Assembly (NCBI GenBank): GCA_017499595.2 | Contig: CM039007.1 | Span: forward strand, 2,976,001 to 3,040,000 | Reading direction: 5' to 3' | Origin: Psilocybe cubensis | Lineage: Eukaryota | DNA length: 64,000 nt | Shown: piece after piece, positions 39,055 to 52,071 of the stretch | How the letters are laid out: each line of letters starts with the position of its first letter | Numbering within the stretch: the stretch's first letter is position 1 | Translations under genes and position numbers: made by a program | The notes under the pieces: model-generated | The model's input: the letters and a program-made list of their open reading frames with translations, nothing else | What the model was told of the DNA's origin: nothing | The model's database searches: none

Positions 39055-39500
39055 CGGTGGTGGATAGCGGTGTGCCGCTGATTTTGGCGACGAGTGCGAA
39101 TGCGAATGCGGTGTATGGTGCTGTGGGCGTTGAGCCTGCAAGTGATGGAAAGTGTGCGTGGACTTGTTTAATTTGGCTTCTGTTTTCTGTTTGCTTACGA
39201 GGATATGCGGTATAGATTATATTCCATGCACTACCCCGCTCAACTTGACATTCACGCTCGATACTCGCTCTGAATTGCCCATACACCCGCTGGATCTCAC
39301 TACTCTCGCCGACCCCTCCTCCGCCTCGACCTACTCCCCATCGACATCAACGTGCGTCGGGATCATCCAGTCAGCAGATGCATTCCTCGGCCCAGGGTCG
39401 AATAGTGGTATCGGGGATATGATCCTCAATTCCCATTTCTGCGAAACGTGTACACCGTCATGGCATACGTTGCACCAGGCAAAGAAGGCTCCTTCCCTGT
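39055..39500 (+). pseudogene. C-terminal fragment of an A1 aspartic protease
   Basis: AVVDSGVPLIL, YIPCTTPLNLT, IHPLDL, CVGIIQ, GDMIL, then frameshifted PFLRNVYTVMAY. Confidence 0.7.
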
Positions 39501-39734
39501 AGGCAGTGGAAGCAGCAACACCGGCGGAGACGTCAAACCGCGTCATTGCCGTCTGAGCGGGCCTCCAGTGTACGTGCCCTCCGAAGTCCTCTCGGTGTGT
39601 CCATCTCGTCGGCAGCCGTTCCCGCTGAGCACGATGTCATGGTGAGTGGTAAGGCACAATTTTTCATCCGAAGCGCTGGTGCTAACCCCGTTCCTTGCTG
39701 CACAGTCGCCCATTGCCCACCACGCAGAATGGTG

Positions 39735-40450
39735 ATGATGCACCTTGACATCACGTCCTCCCGACTACCCTTGTCTGCTGTGTGTCCACAGAATGCGACG
39801 CCATGGTGAGTTGATTCATAATGTAATGGGGTTGGATTGATGTTGAACGCGTCGAATGCATCTGAAGCTAAAGTACACTGGGAGCACGACAGTACGCAGG
39901 CGCGCCAGGATTAGGCGCGCCAGGATTATCGTAGACTTCGCTAACGAACCTTGCCAGAATATCCCTCGCCACGACGTTGGGTGTAAGCAACCCCTTGCCA
40001 ACGAGTCGGGGATTTTATGCCACTGTCGTCTGTGCCGGAATTATGGCGTGTGGGTGTTGGAATGACGTTGGATGCTAAAAAGAAGGCAACACGGGTGGAT
40101 TGAATAAAATGGTAAGTAGCAGCACCATGACTGTAATGAACAGCATTGACGCACCTTGCCAGAACATCCCTCGACACCGCGCCGCAAGTTGATGCCGACA
40201 CCTGCAAGTAGGCCGCGTCACTCCCCTCTCGTCAAGTTGTTGATTCGATACTACCTCGACCTAGTCATTGATCTCGGTGAGCATACAGCGTACGCGTGGT
40301 GATCCATGATATGTGGGTTTTGAATTGTGATGGGATGCCAGAATAAACACGGTGATTATTATGGACAGCGCTGACGCACCTTGCCAGAACATCCCCCAAC
40401 ACCGCGCAGCGTGTACAGAAACATGATGCCGTCAAACGGTGAGTCCATAC
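39735..40450 (+). repeat. Diverged tandem repeat of about 200-225 bp
   Basis: Motif (gc)accttgccagaa(c/t)atccc recurs near 39948, 40152 and 40377, with a weaker copy near 39740. Confidence 0.55.
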
Positions 40451-40616
40451 AACCCGTCGTTCCTTGCGAAGGTGAATTAGACAGTAGCTTGCAAACTATG
40501 ACAACAGCCTGTCGTATAGACGCTCACACTATAAACCCTAAACCCTACACCAAACTCAACACCAGCGCCCCATCCACCCGTACCCAAACCCCAAAACCCA
40601 CCCAACCCTCAAAAAA

Positions 40617-43065
40617 ATGGGTCTCCCAACATCCACCACCACCACCACCTCCACCACCACATCCGACGACCCCCTATCAACCCTCCTCCTCCCCCCACCC
40701 AACGAGACCCCCCTCGAAAGAACCGCACGATTGGAGGCAGAGGCTGCTGCGCGGAGAGTGAGTGAGATGATTGATGAGGAGTTGAAAGTTGAGAGAATGG
40801 AGAGGAGACGGAGGGAGAGGGGGGTTGTGAGGGTGCTTTTGTTGGGGCAGAGTGAGAGTGGTGAGTTTTTTTTTGGTTTTGTGGGTTTTGGGTTGGGGGT
40901 TGGGGGTTTTTGGGAGGGGGAGCTGACGTTTTTTTTTTGGGATTTTTTTGGGATATGATGTGCGATTGGGATTGGGATTTGATGTGCGCTCGTGATATGG
41001 ATGTGGTCGTTGGTGTGGTTGTGATGGTTAGGCAAATCGACGACGTTGAAAAGTGCGTTGTATTATCTTACCGTGTGGGCTTATACTGACTTCTTTCCCT
41101 TTCCTCTCTCCTCCCAACCCAACCCACCCACCTACCCACCCGATACTCCCACCCACCCACGCGACACAGACTTTCGAATGAAATACGCACGCGCAGACTG
41201 GGACGCCGAGCGCGCGTCATGGCGCGCTGTGATCCAGCTCAACGTGATCCGCTCGATCATTACGATCGTAGAGGCGCTGCAGGCCGAGATGGACGGGGAG
41301 CCCGAGGGCGAGGGCGATCTGCAGCACCCTGTCAGTCCTGCGGGGAGTAGCAGTGCAGGTGGCGGGGGGGAAGCGAGTGGGAGTGGAGTGGTGGGAGGAG
41401 GCACGGGGAGGGAAGGGGGTAAGGCGTTGTCGACGCTGTTGACGGGTAAACACCAGGTGTTGAAGATGCGCCTCGGGCCGCTGCGCCGCGTCGAGACTGA
41501 TCTGAAGAGGCGGCTTGGCGCGGGGTCGGATGAGGATATGGGGTTGCCCTTGCCATCGCCAGCGCCTGCTGCTGCTGCTGCTGCTGCTGCGACGGGTGAT
41601 GGCGCAGCGACGAATGTGCTGGGCGGAGCGAGTCTCGGCCCGTTAAGTCTCGAAACGGAACCGCAGGGTCTGGCGCGCCCGCTTGGTGCTGCGTCAGCGC
41701 AACGCGAGTTTGGAGTTACGCGGCTGCAGGAGGCGTTGCAGCGCGGGCAGCGCTTAGTGCGGAAGGGCTCGGCGCAGAGTGTGAGGAGGCAGGCGAGGGT
41801 GGGGAGTGGGCGTGCGACGCCCGTTGGTGAGGATGGGGAGGGGGAAGGAGAGATGGTGGATGATGCGACGGAGATTCTGGCGAGTTGTTTGGACGATATG
41901 AAGGCGCTGTGGACGGACGATGTTGTGCGTGCCGTGCTCAAAAAGCGGAGGATACGGATCGAAGATACAGCTGGGTTGTACGTCCGCCCTTTCTCTCTAC
42001 AGTGTGTGTGTGCTGATGGACGAGCAGTTTCCTGGACGACCTGGACCACATCGCCCAGCGCGATTACTCGCCGTCAGACGATGACGTCGTCCGCGCACGA
42101 CTCCGCACGCTCGGCGTGCAAGAGTACCGCATCAGACTGGACGACGGCCCGACTAGCATCTTTGCGGGCGGTATCGGCGGCGACGCAGGTAAAGAGTGGA
42201 TCTTGTACGACGTAGGTGGATCGCGGACTGTGGTATGTCCCCCTCTCCCGACTTGTTTCGACCCTGGCTCACATAGTCACAGCGCCACGCGTGGTTGCCG
42301 TACTTTGATAATGTCCAAGCTATCATATTCCGTGCGTCCCCCCCCTCCCCTCCCTTCGCATTCATTAACACAGCTGATACACCCCAGTGGCGCCCGTATC
42401 ATGCTTCGACGAGCGCCTGACCGAAGACGCACGCGTCAACCGCCTCGAAGACTCCTTCCTCCTCTGGCGCACCGTCTGCTCCTCCAAGCTCCTCGCCAGC
42501 ACGACCATGATCCTCTTCCTGAACAAATGCGATTTGCTAAAGAGGAAGCTGAAAGCGGGTGTGCAGGTGCGCAAGTATCTGCCTAGTTATGGTGAACGTG
42601 CGAATGATGTGAATACTGTTGTGAAATGTGCGTTGGAGCCGTTTTTTGGATTTTTGATTGCTGATGGTGTTGGTAGATTTGAGAGAAAAGTTTAAAGAGC
42701 AGTTGAAGGAACACTCGCCTACACAGCGCGCGAGCTACTTTTACGCTACGTCCGTCGTCGTACGTCCTTCCCTCCCTCTCTCTCTCCCCTTCTCTCTCTC
42801 ATCCCTGATGGATTAATTTACAGGACACAAAAGCTACAGCGACGACTATAAAAGCTGGTAAGCACCACTCTCCTCCATCCACTTTATGCTACTAAGCTGA
42901 CGTGCGGGTTATGTATAGTCAAAGACAGTATATTGCGGGACTACCTCAAAAACGCCGATTTCGTACGTCCCTTCCTGTTCCCCTTCCCCTTTCCCACTTC
43001 TCCCCCTCCCCCCCTCCCCCCTCCCACCTGTTCTTGTGCTGAATTATGTTGTTCAGTTGTCGTGA
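40617..43065 (+). CDS. Atypical heterotrimeric G-protein alpha subunit, multi-exon
   Basis: VLLLGQSESG|KSTTLK, RARLRTLGVQE, YDVGGSRT, ILFLNKCD, TSVV|DT. Long Gly/Ala-rich insert in the helical domain. Confidence 0.9.
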
Positions 43066-43199
43066 TCCCAGCACACTTGTGCGACGAGCATACGTGTATA
43101 CTGTACATATATGCGCGCGTCAGTCGGTCGGTCGGTCGATGTCGATCTATACGTTTATATAGTTGTTAAAGGTCTCATTACTCCGTTTTTGTGTATATA

Positions 43200-43850
43200 C
43201 TTGCATAGTTAGTTAGTTAGTTAGTTAGTTAGTGAGTGACGTTTGTTTTGGTCTGTTTCATCGCTATTTTATTTTATTTTATTTTATTTTATCCAATTCT
43301 ATCTATCTATCCAATTCTATCCAATTGTGTTTAGGATGCCGTTCCCAGTTGTGACCCCGGTGCCATCTGACTCTCTGACTCTCTGACTCTCTTACTCTCT
43401 GACTCTGACTCTCTGACTCTCTGAATCTGAACATGGCTTTAGTTCGACCACCACGATGTTCTACGCAAGCACGGCAAGACGATCAGGATAGGTGGTCGAC
43501 CATCGACTATCGAGTCCCGACTCTCGACTCTCGACTCTCGACTCTCGACAGTGGACAGTGGACGTGCTAACCACGTTCAGGTCAATTTGTCGCCACTAGT
43601 CTAACTAGACGAGACGAGACGAGACGAGACGAGAGTCGAGTGCTGTGCAGTGTAAATGTCTCAGGATCAAACCTCGATGAATTTAGTAAATGAGGCGAGA
43701 CGAGATGGAAGGCGTGAGATGAGATGAGACGGCGCGTACGCCGTGATGAGACGGGTTCAATGAACGAGACGAGACGAGACGAGAAAAGACGAGTGGATTG
43801 AAGTGGCGAGGCGAGGTTGAAGTCGAAGTAAGCGAGAGAGAGAGAAAGCG
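43200..43850. repeat. Microsatellite-rich tract
   Basis: (TTAG)n, (TTTTA)n, (GACTCTCT)n, (GACTCTC)n and (GAGAC)n runs. Confidence 0.85.
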
Positions 43851-45319
43851 GTATCGGATGTATAGACGTACGACTTCAGCTTCAGGCTTCAGGAGTTTAA
43901 CATCGAAGCACTATTATAAGCGCGCGCACGGTTTGGACGAGGTAATTCGTACGGATATGAGTGGTTGGTAGAGTTGCTAGATTTTGTTTAGCGGCCGGAT
44001 AAGCTTGGAGAGCATTTAACGGTCTATCCGTCAATGATATGGGTCTTTTCAGGATCATGTAAACGTTTTGATATACTGATTCAGATACACACTGTAGGGA
44101 TATTTCCATGACACATATAGCCCTTCTAATAGTGCTCCAAGTGGTGTAGCGAGTAAACTGCTTTTGTATCTTACTTTACGTGGAAAGACAGAAATGCATG
44201 CGGGCTATGAGGTGGTAAAATGGTACTTCTTCGGGTGACGGAATGGAATGGAGGATGGTCGAAGAGATACTGTTTCCAAAGCAGATATAAAACCAAATAA
44301 AGGTTTTGAGAGTCAAGGCTAGGGTACAGAGATCTATGGGTTTTTCGGGTAGACGGATAATGGTCCCAATATAGGAATGCCCGTCGGTCCATCGGCCGCC
44401 CCCGAGACCTGCTCAACTCGGGTGCTCCGATGGGACTTTCGACTCCCTCGCAGCTGTGACGTGGTGCCCGTTGCCGGTCATTGATCTCACTGGTCCGGGT
44501 GGTCTCAAGCCAGTTGTTGTTTATCCAGGTTTTTACTGTAAGAAAGCTGTTTGTGTGTACATATAGATTATTACACGCGATTGGCAAGTCTTTCCACCTC
44601 TACACGTAGCTGTTGAAATGTCTGTGCTTCGCGTGCAATGACGTTGGAGCGAGCAGGCGAAGGCCTGGACAGCGTATTAACTCGGGCGACTAGAGTGTTG
44701 ATTCCGGTGTAGGCGCGGAAGAGGCGGCCGTTGATTTCCCTCAGTCTAACCTCCACCTCTGATTCCTGCCTCCGTGCCTCCGCTATCAAGCGTCACGAGC
44801 ATCCTGAACGCGTGGCCTAGTACAATCCGACCCCCATCGCTGTCTTCGGTGTCCTCGTCTTCGGACGTGTCTGTAGTTGCGTCAGACGCCTCCCATGGTG
44901 GGGGAGACCAGTATTGCGCGCCCGCGGTTGCTATTCATAGGGAATGAGGAGATGACCGCACGAGCAGGCATTGGTGTCGTATAGTGTAGCCTTGTCCCTT
45001 GGGTATGCCTCTTCAACCCTAGGCTTATTCCCCCCCGAAGGGGGGGCCTTCGTTGCATTGGGCCTCCTGTTCAGAATTCCTGAAATCTGATGCCAGATTC
45101 GGATTCCTGGACCCCAAAAACCCCCAAATACACTTTCAAAATATTTTATTTTGTACATACGGAGGTGCTACGTAATTAAATGTGTAATTTATGGAGGCCG
45201 GCCTCCAAATTGATGGAGGCCACTGGAGGCCGGCCTCCGTCTAAAAATAACTTTTGACAGGCACTGGAGGCCGGCCTCCGTCTAAAAATAAATTTTTGAC
45301 AGGCACTGGAGGCCGGCCT

Positions 45320-46610
45320 CCCGCCTGTCTCCCGATGCCAGCGCTCGCCGTCCCAAAGCTTGCGCTCGCCGTCCCAACGCCAGCGCTCGCCGTCCCAAAG
45401 CTTGCGCTCGCCGTCCCAACGCCAGCGCTCGCCGTCCCAACGCTTGCGCTCGCCGTCTGCCCGACGCCTGCGCTTGCCGCTGCATGTTGTTGCGCTGCCA
45501 CCTCCGGGCCGCTGCTGCTGCCGCCACCTCCACTCGACGCCTGTCGTTCAGCCGTCACCGCGTGTCATCCCGCCGTCGCCGCCTGTCGTCACGACGTCAC
45601 CGCGCGTCATCCCGCCGTCGCGTCTAGTCGCCGCCCACCACAACACGCACTCTGCTGCGTGTTGTTGCGCCGCCACACCCGTGCCGCTGCTGCTGCTGCC
45701 GCCTCTCCTCGTCCCCTGTCATGCCGCTGCCGCCTTCCCTCGCCGCCTGTCATTCCGCCGTCAGCGCGTGTCGTCCCGCCGTCGCCGCCTGTCGTCCCGC
45801 CTTCGCGTCCACTCGCCGCCCACCACAACACGCACTCTGCTGCGTGTTGTTGCGCCGTCACACCGGACCGCCGCTGCCACTGCCGCCTTCCCTCGCCGCC
45901 TGTCATTCCGCCGTCAGCGCGTGACGTCCCGCCGTCGCCGTCTGTCGTTCAGCCGTCACCGCGTGTCATCCCGTCGTCGCCGCCTGTCGTCACGACGTCA
46001 CCGCGCGTCGTCCCGCCGTCGCGTCTAGTCGCCGCCCACCACAACACGCACTCTGCTGCGTGTTGTTGCGCCGTCACACCGGACCGCCGCTGCCGCTGCC
46101 GCCTGCCTCGCCGCCTGTCATTCCGCTGTCAACGCCTGTCGTCCCGCCGTCGCCGCCTGTCGTCCCGCCGTCGCCGCCTGTCGTCACGACGTCACCGCGC
46201 GTCGTCCCGCCGTCGCGTCTAGTCGCCGCCCACCACGACACACACTCTGCTGCGTGTTGTTGCGCCGCCACACCGGGCCGCCGCTGCCGCTGCCGCCTGC
46301 CTCGCCGCCTGTCATTCCGCTGTCAACGCCTGTCGTCCCGCCGTCGCCGCCTGTCGTCCCGCCGTCGCCGCCTGTCGTCCCGCCGTCGCCGCCTGTCGTC
46401 ACAACGTCACCGCGCGTCGTCCCGCCGTCGCGTCCACTCGCCGCCCACCACGACACGCACTCTGCTGCGTGTTGTTGCGCCGCCACACCGGGCCGCCGCT
46501 GCCACTGCCGCCTCCCCTCCCCGCCTGTCATTCCGCCGTCGCCGCCTGTCGTCCCGCCGTCGCCGCCTGTCGCTGCCGCCGCGCTGCCTCTACTCGCCTC
46601 CTGTCGCTGC
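45320..46610. repeat. GC-rich nested 21-bp and roughly 190-210-bp tandem repeats
   Basis: Units gccagcgctcgccgtcccaa(a/c) and ccgtcgccgcctgtcgtcccg, with a recurring block ccac(a/g)acac(g/a)cactctgctgcgtgttgttgcgccg. Confidence 0.9.
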
Positions 46611-46851
46611 CATTTCGCTGTTTTGTCTTTGATACACCTCGGCCTTGCTGTACTGTAATTTTGTTAGATTTTTTATAACTAGTCATCTTACCCTGATATC
46701 AACTTGTATATATCTCACGCGAGCTCTCTTGTGTAGACACCAAAAAATAAATTTATATGACATTTTGAACAAAAAAACACGCATATATCTACATATTTTT
46801 GTTAGAATGGGCTATTCTTAAAATGAAAAAACACTTACATTGACAATGTAA

Positions 46852-49800
46852 CTACAGGCCTGGGCGAACACGATAAGTTGGCACCACCGGTACGTGCCCG
46901 TTGACAAAGGCCTGAGCTCGTTGAGACGCTGCCGCCAGAAGCTTCCTACTGGGAGGAGTGCCGCGCAATATTGATTTCCATTGCACTCTTGTTAATGGCT
47001 GGGCCTGCCGAGTGCGGATGTCTTCTACGCGTTCACGGTACCATGCCTCGTTGGCAGGCGTCCATTCCACCCATTGTGATCCGTTCATGCTGGGGGGCAC
47101 CTGCCACAGGTTCGGGGGAGGGAACCACGATTTTACAGTTATTTGACCTTTAGTAGCTGAGAAAAATGTTGTTAGTGCATAAAATTGAGAATAAACAAGG
47201 AAAACATACCTGTGTACAGCGTGTAGGTGCCGCATATAATGGACAGCTCGTTCTCCGTGAGCTGGTCGTTGCAATAACACCAAGTCGTGTCGCCAGCTGG
47301 CACGATGAACCCCTGCCGGTTCTGAATGATTTCCTTAGAGGGGCCAGCCAGCCCATCGTCGACGCTCAGAAACTCACTGGCTATCCTACCCACCAATCCA
47401 CCCCTCAGCAAGGCAGCCCGACCGTGTTGTTGGTGTTTGATGATGTTCTCGCATTGCAATCGGTATGCTTCGAAGTCATCAACGCCAAATTTGTACGCTG
47501 ACGGGCGGACAGATCGAGGGGTGTATGGCTCCTGGACAGTGGAGCAGCGACCCGACATTTCAATGCCCATGAGAGTGCGACAGGGCACACCTCTCTCCAG
47601 CAGCATTTTTGTCAGGGAGTCGATGGGAGCCCAGGAGTGCTCTAACCTGAGCCGACACACGTAAAGGGCGATCTCTGCCGTTTCAACACCCAACATCCAC
47701 TCGTGTTCCTCTGAACGAGGTTCTGAAAAAACAAACAGATTTTCATGGGGGCGGTGTATTTGCGAGAGGTCCAGCAGACGAGACAGGGATGTCAGGCTGT
47801 GCGTGTTGAGGTCAGAGAGGGCGGCCGGCATTTCTGTGCTTGTGGGTTCAATGCAAGCCAGATAAAACTGTTTGATGTGTTGTCGAGCGTCCAGGGTAAC
47901 TTCTGGGGTAAGTAACTCTGTAAACCCAAAGGTTTCGACCAGTTCATCCCAGTCTGCAGCGGCACAGGGCGTCGTCGTTGTGCCAGGGAGGTAGCCGTAA
48001 GATTGGCGCAGGCATCTGACCATATCGTTGTCGGGTGTAATGGGCTGGGGTTGCACAACATCCGTGGCGGGCGCGTCCATGGTCATCTCAACATCCGCAT
48101 TTTCATCCTCAACAGATGGGCCTGGTTCCTCCATCTCGAAATCTTCGACGACGGCAGGGGGGCTCTGTTGGACCCGCGACTCGCTCTCTGGGGAACGACG
48201 TGCTCGTGGGCGAGAGCGCGTTGCAACCTCTGGGGGTGTTGGCGAGCGACTGCGCAGGCGCCGTCCTAGCGTGGGCCGTGGGGGTGTTGTGGGTGCGCGG
48301 CGGGGTCTATCTCGCGATGACGAGGGTGTCGGAACCTCAATGACAGGCGGGTTGTTTGGAGGCAAAGGGGGTGGGGAAGGATTACGAGCGGGGGGAAGGG
48401 CCGACGTTGAGGCCACCGGCGCATCGGGGTCAGGTTCAATGGTGTCGTACCAGGGTACGCCTTCCCACTCTTCCTCGGCAGGTGCTGGTTTCGGGTGCTG
48501 CCTGGGTTGTTTTGCGGGACGTACACCTCTACCGCGGCGATGCTGGCCTCTAGCAGGCCTTGTCTGTGCCTGAATGCACTGGTCCAACATCGCGGATGCG
48601 CCTGCCAACTCGGCTGGTGGTTCCAAATCTCGACAGAGATCCCATTCGTCTGTCACACCGTTGTAGACCTTGCGGTGTGGGCGAAGTTTGGCCTCCTCGA
48701 TGCTGTTTCGTGACGTTGCGATGTGTTCGCGCATGTAAACGCTGGCTCCCTCTGTGGACACCAGCGTTTTCCAGACAAATACTTTGCTACGTACCACCGA
48801 TGGGTTGTTCTCTCGGTTCAGGCGAGCCTGTCTAGCTTCTGGCGTCTCTTTGGCCAGAATCCGTCGCCGTTCTTCCACCCTTGCAGCCCAGTAAGCGTCC
48901 CAGTCATCGTGCACAGAGGTCAGCAGCTTGTGGTTTTCATTCGCCAGTTCGATCATGCGCAGCGTAGGCAGGTTGGCGCTGTCAATGGCGAGCTGACGCT
49001 GTTCCTCGTCTCTCTTTTGGAGCTTTTTTTCCAATTCTTCATATGGCTGGGACATGTGCTGATCCAATGCCTCTGAGTTGTGGGCGAAATCGTTACTGAG
49101 GATAGAATACACCAAAGTAGTGGAGTACTCATCTCCCAGCGACTTCATCGTGAGGCCCTCCGTCGAATGAGATTTATTAAAAAATTTGCGCGCAAAGGCG
49201 GCTGCGAGAGACACGTCCATAGACTTGAACAGGTCGGTAAGTGTTGCCGCCAACAAGTCGCGCGGGGGGCGAAGCTCGAGATTGAGTATTTTGTGGGTGA
49301 GGAAGATTTCCTCTTCCCGCATCCGCCACGGATAATAGACTGGAACATGGTGTTCCAGAAGCCATTCGATGGGAGGGCGTGTCGCGTGGGTGCTGCTCAA
49401 CTCGTAGACCATGCCGACACGAGGGGTTCTGGCGTTAAACGAAAATACGTTGGAATGATACAAGCCATCCAGCCATACTTCTGAGATGTCAGGATGCTCA
49501 GCGCGGAGGCGTTCATGCCATGCAGGGACGGGGCTTTTGGGATCGTGCTTGATGTGCTTTGAATAGATCTCGCGACGACTTTGGGCGACGAGATACGACA
49601 GGTAGCCCATCCACAGGATAAACGCGTTTCGGGTGGCCTCAAAGCTCCTTTGCGCGTCTGCTTCAGAGCTATACCTGAGATCATAACCGAAGCTTTTGGG
49701 GCTAGGAGGTGGGGTTCCAGGAACGCGACACCATAAGCGGATCTTTTCGCACAGAAGGGTGATGTTTTCATCCAATTGGCGCCATTCTTTTACGCTGTGC

Positions 49801-50192
49801 CACTCCATTTCATACGTGGCCGGAGACTTGTGCGGTTTATTGCGCAAAATCTTTGGAGACCAGCACAAAAAATTAAACGGCAAGGACACGAATGATGGCG
49901 CCAAGGGTATGAAGGCGATCCACCCGTACTGATCGTGCCAGCGCACTGGCTGTTTGACGCCCTCTAAATCCAGGTCTCGTCGCCGAGGTTCTGCTCGTGT
50001 CGCCTTTTGTTCGAAGGGGTTGGTGACGTCGACCTCAGCGGGTGGGATGATGACGACACGCTTGCAGTTGGGGGACACGTATATGGTGCCCTTCTGGACA
50101 AACGCGGACCCTTGGGCCCAATCGATGTGGGTTTGCTGGGACATCTGCAGCAGAGTAAGTAACAAGCATATGTGGGCAACGAACGTGAACAC
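46852..50192 (-). CDS. Large protein of unknown function (over 1000 aa), element-associated
   Basis: 1006-codon open frame plus a spliced last exon (YT|ATKGQITVKSWFPPP..WTPANEAWY). Trp-rich N- and C-terminal blocks (GWIAFIP, WLDGL, GRAALLRGGLVGRIA, LTENELSIICGTY) flank a Pro/Arg-rich linker. True start uncertain. Confidence 0.85.
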
Positions 50193-50208
50193 TTACGGTG
50201 GGGGCAGA

Positions 50209-51530
50209 GCAGAACGGTTAGGACGATGGCGATGGCCTTAGATGACTGCAGAAGAGCTTCTGCAGTCGCCTCAGATTGCTACAGAAGATCTTCTGTAGTT
50301 TTCAGAGGTCGGGGGTGTTGGTGTCGGCGACGCGTCTGGCAACAAGGGCGGAGGAGAGAGCGAGGGTGGCTACAAGCAGAACGGTTGGGATGGTGTCAAT
50401 GGCCTTAGATGCCTGCAGAAGAGCTTCTGCAGTCGCCTCAGATCGCTACAGAAGATCTTCTGTAGTTCTCAGAGGTCGGGGCCGTGGGTGTCGGTGGACG
50501 CGTTTGGAAACAAGGGCGGAGGAAAGAGCGAGGGCGGCTACAGAAGAGCTTCTGAAGCCTATCTCGGATGGCACACGCGAAGTCGAAAATGGGGGTGGAG
50601 GGAAGAACGAGGCTGGCTACAGAAGAGCTTCTGTAACGATTCTCGGACGGCTGACGTGAAGTGTCAAACGTCGGGGCAGGGAAGAGCCAGAGTGGCTACA
50701 GAAGAGCTTCTGTAACCTTTCTGGGATGGCAGACGCGGCGTGCTACAGAAGAGCTTCTGTAGTGTGCGTGCGTGCTAAAGAAGGAAGTGGACTTAGCGTT
50801 GGAATGTTGAAAAAACGCCCAGAGCGGAGTTTCAATTAATCACGTGACCGCTCGCGGGCCCTGTTGATCGCAACCCCAGAGTGTTCCTGTTCTCCATCCA
50901 CCTCCAAAGCTCTTTGGTCGTGGATCGTGGGCGAACAGTACCAAAGCTCTTTGGTACTAGTTAGTCCATCCTTCTCCGTGTCGCACCCCCCCTCACGGTG
51001 CTCTGATCCTCAAGAGATCTCAGGTTCTATCCACCTCCAAAGCTCTTTGGTCGTGGATCGTGGGCCAACAGTACCAAAGCTCTTTGGTACTGGTTAGTCC
51101 ATCCTTCTCCGTGTCGCACCCCCCCTCACGGCATTTCGATCTTCAAGAGATAGCGGGTTCTGTCCACCTCCAAAGCTCTTTGGTCGTGGATCGTGGGCCG
51201 TCAGTACCAAAGCTCTTTGGTACTGCCTTGTCCATCCTTCTCCGTGTCGCACCACCCCTCACGGTGCTTCGATCTTCAAGAGCTCGCTCCTGCCAATGCC
51301 CCCCCACATATCCATCCGCCTCCAGAGCTCTCTGGTCGTGGTTCCCCCCAATGCTGCAAACCAAAGCTCTTTGGTTTGACTCCACTTCGTCCAACGATTC
51401 CGTCGGCCTGGGATACGTGTGCCAGTCGACCTCCTACCTTGATTCTGTGATTGTGAGTCGATATACCCGCCTCCAGAGATCTCTGGTCGTGGGCTGTCGC
51501 GTTATTGTGCAACCAGAGCTCTCTGGTTTG
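50209..51530. repeat. Intergenic array of short inverted-repeat motifs within ~167-bp and 133-bp tandem units
   Basis: Eight CAGAAG-A(G/T)-CTTCTG motifs at 50246-50762. Ten CCA(A/G)AG-(C/A)T-CT(T/C)TGG motifs at 50904-51528. 133-bp units start at 50897, 51030 and 51163. Confidence 0.9.
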
Positions 51531-52071
51531 TGCGCGTTACACACGACCTGGCCTCCCGATATGCTTGCGCACAACGCCTTGCCGCCGTCGATTGTGTCGG
51601 GCGCGATTTTTGATTGGGACGCCTTCGGACTGTCGTGCACTCCGGCGTCTGATTAATTCAGCCCTTTCCTCTTATCGGAACGACAGTCAATTAACTATCG
51701 ATCTCTTCTTTACACCCCTATACGTCTTCTGGAGGGCAAATATTCTCGCCTTCCATCGCAGAGCGTAGGGCGTCGTTCTCAGATATAGACCCCTTCCACC
51801 CCCAGCGTCGTTAGTGGGCCTAACCTGTTCCCTTCCCTCACCCAGACACCAAACTTCCAAGCATTTTCCAACAAAAAACGGGGATGGAAGGTCAGTAGGG
51901 TGTTTTATAGCGGTTACATGTACTAACCGTTTGATTCCAGATCCATCTGAACCAGCGAAGCGACGCAGGAGGGAAACAGAAGACGATGGTGGACGTGAAG
52001 GGCGTGCGAGGCGAAAAGATAACCAGCGATCGGTCACAGTAGGCGATACAGTCGTGCCACGCAACGCCGAC

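Noticed and set aside
41132-42049. 305-aa minus-strand ORF
   Set aside because: Antisense shadow of the GC-rich G-alpha exon.
44171-45018. Short minus-strand ORFs flanking copy B, possibly an older retroelement relic
   Set aside because: No gag/pol motif or LTR pair could be identified.
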